A DNA stretch of 64,000 bases from an uncultured delta proteobacterium (GTDB taxonomy: Bacteria; Desulfobacterota; Syntrophorhabdia; Syntrophorhabdales; WCHB1-27). Location of the stretch: positions 384,001 to 448,000 of the forward strand of contig CAWEPK010000008.1 of the NCBI GenBank assembly GCA_963810935.1, given 5' to 3'. A model generated the notes under the pieces. That model was not told the DNA's origin and searched no databases. It saw only the letters and a program-made list of their open reading frames with translations. The position numbers and the translations under genes were made by a program. This document shows positions 60,618 through 64,000 of this stretch, piece by piece. The first letter of the stretch is position 1. Each line of letters starts with the position of its first letter.

Positions 60618-61519
60618 ATAGACACTATTCTATTAATGATGAGACCGGCTACGAGGAGCAGGCCGAAGACCGTGTTGAGCTGTGCGGTGTTCGCGTCCGC
60701 CGCGTCGGGGACTTTCACCGTAAATACCTTCACCAGCTTGAGGGCCTTCGGCAGCGATAGAAGGACCAGCAGCGCCCAGGGGCTCAGCACGCCCGCCACC
60801 ACCATAAGGGCCACGAAGAGGTAGGCAGCGGCGATCATCAGGGCGTACAGGCGGATCGACCGGGCCGCGCCGAGGATAATCCCTATCGTCTTGATGGGCT
60901 GGCGCGAATCGTAATCAATGTCCCTGATGTTGTTGGCAAATAAGACTAGGGCCACCAGGACGCCGAAGGGTATCGACACGGCCAGGGCCTTCAGTGAGAG
61001 TGCCTGGCGCTGCACTGCGTAAGCCCCCTCGAACATCAGCGGCCCCCACATCACGAAGACGAAGACTTCGCCCCATGCCTTGTATTTGAACTTTACCGGC
61101 CCGGCGGTGTAGAAAACGCAGGCGAGAAACCCGGCGATGCCGATCCACAGGACTACAAGGGAGCACTCGAAGGTAAGGATAAGACCTATGACAATGGTAA
61201 TGCCGGCAAGAATCATCCCTTCCGCAAGGACCTGTCCGGGCGTGAACATCCCGCTCAGGATGGGTTGCGGTCTGTAAGCCGCCGTAGGGCAGTCGGGCTG
61301 GTCAACGCCGTAGCGCGTGTCAAAATAGTCGTTCAGCACGTTGGCAGTGGCGTGGAAGCAGACGATACCGATGCAGACAAGGACGAAAGAACCCCAAAGG
61401 ACCGGGCCCTCTTCGGCAGCGAGGATTGTCGCAATGGAGACGGAGATCAGAGACATCGGGAAGGACCACGGCCTAGTTGCGATGAAGGCGTCCTTGATTT
61501 TCTTCACGAGCTTTTCCAC
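60614..61519 (-). CDS. UbiA-family prenyltransferase (MenA-like)
   Basis: ATRPWS, NDYFD...GVD, NNIRDIDYD. Confidence 0.85.
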   Translation of the reverse strand: MEKLVKKIKDAFIATRPWSFPMSLISVSIATILAAEEGPVLWGSFVLVCIGIVCFHATANVLNDYFDTRYGVDQPDCPTAAYRPQPILSGMFTPGQVLAEGMILAGITIVIGLILTFECSLVVLWIGIAGFLACVFYTAGPVKFKYKAWGEVFVFVMWGPLMFEGAYAVQRQALSLKALAVSIPFGVLVALVLFANNIRDIDYDSRQPIKTIGIILGAARSIRLYALMIAAAYLFVALMVVAGVLSPWALLVLLSLPKALKLVKVFTVKVPDAADANTAQLNTVFGLLLVAGLIINRIVSM

Positions 61520-61628
61520 CTTTAGTCCTCCGCGCTTTTATCCGGTTCGCTTTCAGTATCCCCAGGCTATTATTAGACTACTAACGGCCGGACAGGTCAA
61601 GAAGCGGACCCCGCGCAGCATCGATATG

Positions 61629-63000
61629 TCAGGCACGCTTCAGCAATGCAAGCGCCTCGAAATGCGCAGTGTGGGGAAAGAAATCGAAGGGTATGACCTC
61701 CCTGGCCCTGTACGTTCCGCCCAGGCCCTTCAGGTCCCTCGCGAGCGTCGAGGGGTTACAGGAAACATAGGCGATCCTCTCCGGACGGATACGCCGGACC
61801 GCAGCAACGGCATCCGCGCTCATCCCGCTTCTGGGCGGGTCGATCACGAGCAAGTCCGTTTTCCCCGCCGCAAGGCGCGCCGCTCTTTCCGCCATGTCCC
61901 TTATAAAACGGCATCTCTCCGCCCCGTTGACGGCCGCGTTCTCCTGCGCGCAGGTTATGTTGTCTCTGCTCGAATCTACGCCTGTCACGTCTATTTCCGG
62001 GAGCCGCCGGGCCATAAAGACCTCAATGGCCCCTGAACCGCAATAAAGGCCGAGCACGCGGCGCGCACCCATGTCCCGGGCAAAATCGGCGATCCGCTCG
62101 TAGAGCAATGCTGCGGTCATCGGGTTCGGCTGGAAAAACGTCGGCGGGTATATGCGGAAGGAAAGGTCTGAAAGGCGCTCTTCGATTGCGGGCCTGCCCC
62201 AGAGGAGCTTGGTCGCGCCACCGGACGTGGCGTAGACGCTGACGACCTGCGGCAGCTCTTTACCAAGCTTTTCTTCAAGCGGGGCAACTGCGGCTGCCAC
62301 GTCGGAAGCGGCGACGACGTTGAGCATGACTTCGCCCGTGCCCTTCGCCTCCCGGACAACAAGCCGCTTCAGCGCGCCTGCCCCTGTCTCGTCGTTGTAA
62401 GCGGTAAGGCCCGCGTTATGAACGGCTTCCATCACCAGAGGCAGCAACCGGGCAACGATGGGGCTGAAAAGGTCGCAGCCGCCAATCGGTACGATCCGGC
62501 CTGCGTATGGGCTCAAAGGCGAGGACCGCCCGGCGAGCCCTGCGACAAGCCGGCCGCCTTCCTCTCCGAACGACAGACTCTATCTTGCCCCGGTAACAAT
62601 AAGCCTCGACGGACGGGACGATGGGCGAGACCTTTATGACCGACACGTCCTGCCCGCCTATGCGGGCGAGGGACTGGGCGAGGTGGTTCTCCTTGAGCTT
62701 GAGTTGCGCGGCGTAGCTCATAGCCTGGAGGTCGCAGCCGCCGCAGGCGCCGAAGTGCGCACAGCGCGGCGCCTCCCGAAGCAACGATGCCTCCTCGATC
62801 GCGACGACCTCGCCGTAAGCGAACCGCCTTTCTACCCTCACTATCTTCATGTGCACCGTGTCGCCGGTCACGGCCCCTGGGACAAAGACGACGAGCCCTC
62901 CGAGGCGCACTACGCCGTGTCCGGCGGGCAGCGCAACGTCCTGCACAGTCCCGAAGTACTCACCGCCGACCTCGATGCCTTCTATCGCCTTCTCGCTCAT
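61629..63000 (-). CDS. rlmD: 23S rRNA m5U methyltransferase (RlmD/TrmA family), apparent +1 frameshift at ~62577
   Basis: TRAM domain, C.HFGACGGC, YRGKIE | LSF, FFQPN, DPPRSG, YVSCNP, DFFPHT.H.E. Confidence 0.88.
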
Positions 63001-63034
63001 CGGATTATTTTATCATGAAAATACCGGCAAACGG

Positions 63035-64000
63035 TTACGGCTTCAGGAAGAGCCGGAGCGCCTGCCTTATCTTTTCCGGCGCCGCCCTGCCCGTATCGAC
63101 CTTCATGATACGGAAAGACGGCACATCTTTCGGCTCCTCCATAACCTCGAGCTGCCGCTCCAGCACGGCCGGATGGGCGTCCGATACATCAGACCCTAAT
63201 CCGACCCTCCTTTGCACCCTCTCCCGGAGGATTGGCGCGTCCGCGAAGCAGGAAACGAAGAAAGGGTTGAGCCCTTCTTTCATGCAGGCATCGTAGAACA
63301 GCCGGACCATGTCGGAGGAAAGGAACGTAGCGTCAACGACTACGCGCTTCCCTTTCCGGCAGGCAGCAACCGCCTCATCGGTAAGCACCCGGTACGTGCG
63401 CCGCGTCGCCTCGGCGTTATATAGGCCGGTCCCATAATCGACGTAGACGTGGTCGGCCGCCTTCAGACCGGCAATGCCTTTGCGGACTTTGTCCGAGCGA
63501 AATACGAGCGCGCCGGGTATCAGCGATCTCGCAGCCTCGGACTTGCCCGACCCGGCCGGCCCCTTGAGCACCACGGGATTGAAGACCGTATACGCCTGTT
63601 CCGTGTAATACCGGGCGAGGGCGAAATAGTTGCCGGCCCGCTTCCCGGCAGCCTCGCCTGCATCGCCGTCTTCATTTTCAAGCGCCTTTGCCGTGAAGCC
63701 CTCGATTTTACCGCGCACGACGGCCCGGTACGTTTTGTAGAACCGCAGCAGGTCTACGGAGCAGGCCGAAGGGAAACGGGAGAAATAGGCGCACGAGACC
63801 GCCTGCGACAGGTCGTGCCTGCCTTTTTGCTCCAGGTCCATCAGGAGGAAGGCGATGTCCTCCAACACATCGCCAATCCGGAACCGCTTGTTGAACTCGA
63901 TGCAATCGACGATAACGGGCGGCTCTATCAGGCAGACGTGCTGCGTGTGGAGGTCGCCGTGCCCCTCTCGCACAAAGCCCCCGGTCTTCCTCTGCCCAAA
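63035..64000 (-). CDS. APH-like phosphotransferase / AAA kinase fusion, 5' partial
   Basis: REGHGDLH, DCIEFN..FR, GPAGSGKS, VVDATF, SDA; runs off the window. Confidence 0.82.
   Translation of the reverse strand, partial: FGQRKTGGFVREGHGDLHTQHVCLIEPPVIVDCIEFNKRFRIGDVLEDIAFLLMDLEQKGRHDLSQAVSCAYFSRFPSACSVDLLRFYKTYRAVVRGKIEGFTAKALENEDGDAGEAAGKRAGNYFALARYYTEQAYTVFNPVVLKGPAGSGKSEAARSLIPGALVFRSDKVRKGIAGLKAADHVYVDYGTGLYNAEATRRTYRVLTDEAVAACRKGKRVVVDATFLSSDMVRLFYDACMKEGLNPFFVSCFADAPILRERVQRRVGLGSDVSDAHPAVLERQLEVMEEPKDVPSFRIMKVDTGRAAPEKIRQALRLFLKP

Overview
A GC-rich bacterial chromosomal window. Gene content and order suggest an anaerobic deltaproteobacterium (Desulfobacterota/Syntrophorhabdus-like; this is inference). 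It is mostly housekeeping: rnc, htpG, an S1-like gene, opgH, sod, rpoH, cobA-hemD, lon, dnaK and the ftsH-folP-cdaA-cdaR-pdxJ-acpS-nnr-tsaE-lysC-cimA run. No tRNA, rRNA, CRISPR array, integrase or transposase was seen. Five things stand out. (1) A complete tryptophan-type attenuator at 46800-47012 (minus strand) has a leaderless WWW leader peptide and two cascaded terminators. It precedes an unannotated 56-aa ORF just upstream of dnaK-lon, with no trp gene nearby. (2) A 2.2-kb transposase-free LysR + O-methyltransferase cassette is bounded by terminal inverted repeats. (3) At least seven starts look leaderless. (4) A dispersed repeat family has one copy where glmM normally lies. (5) Seven frameshifts are probably assembly errors, and four fall in the same SAG^CTC context, which hints at DNA methylation. 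Two toxin-antitoxin modules, a sigma54-driven GH108-like muramidase, a PLP-aminotransferase homolog lacking its catalytic lysine and a stand-alone CimA regulatory-domain protein are also present. All product calls come from motif recognition by eye, not from database searches.
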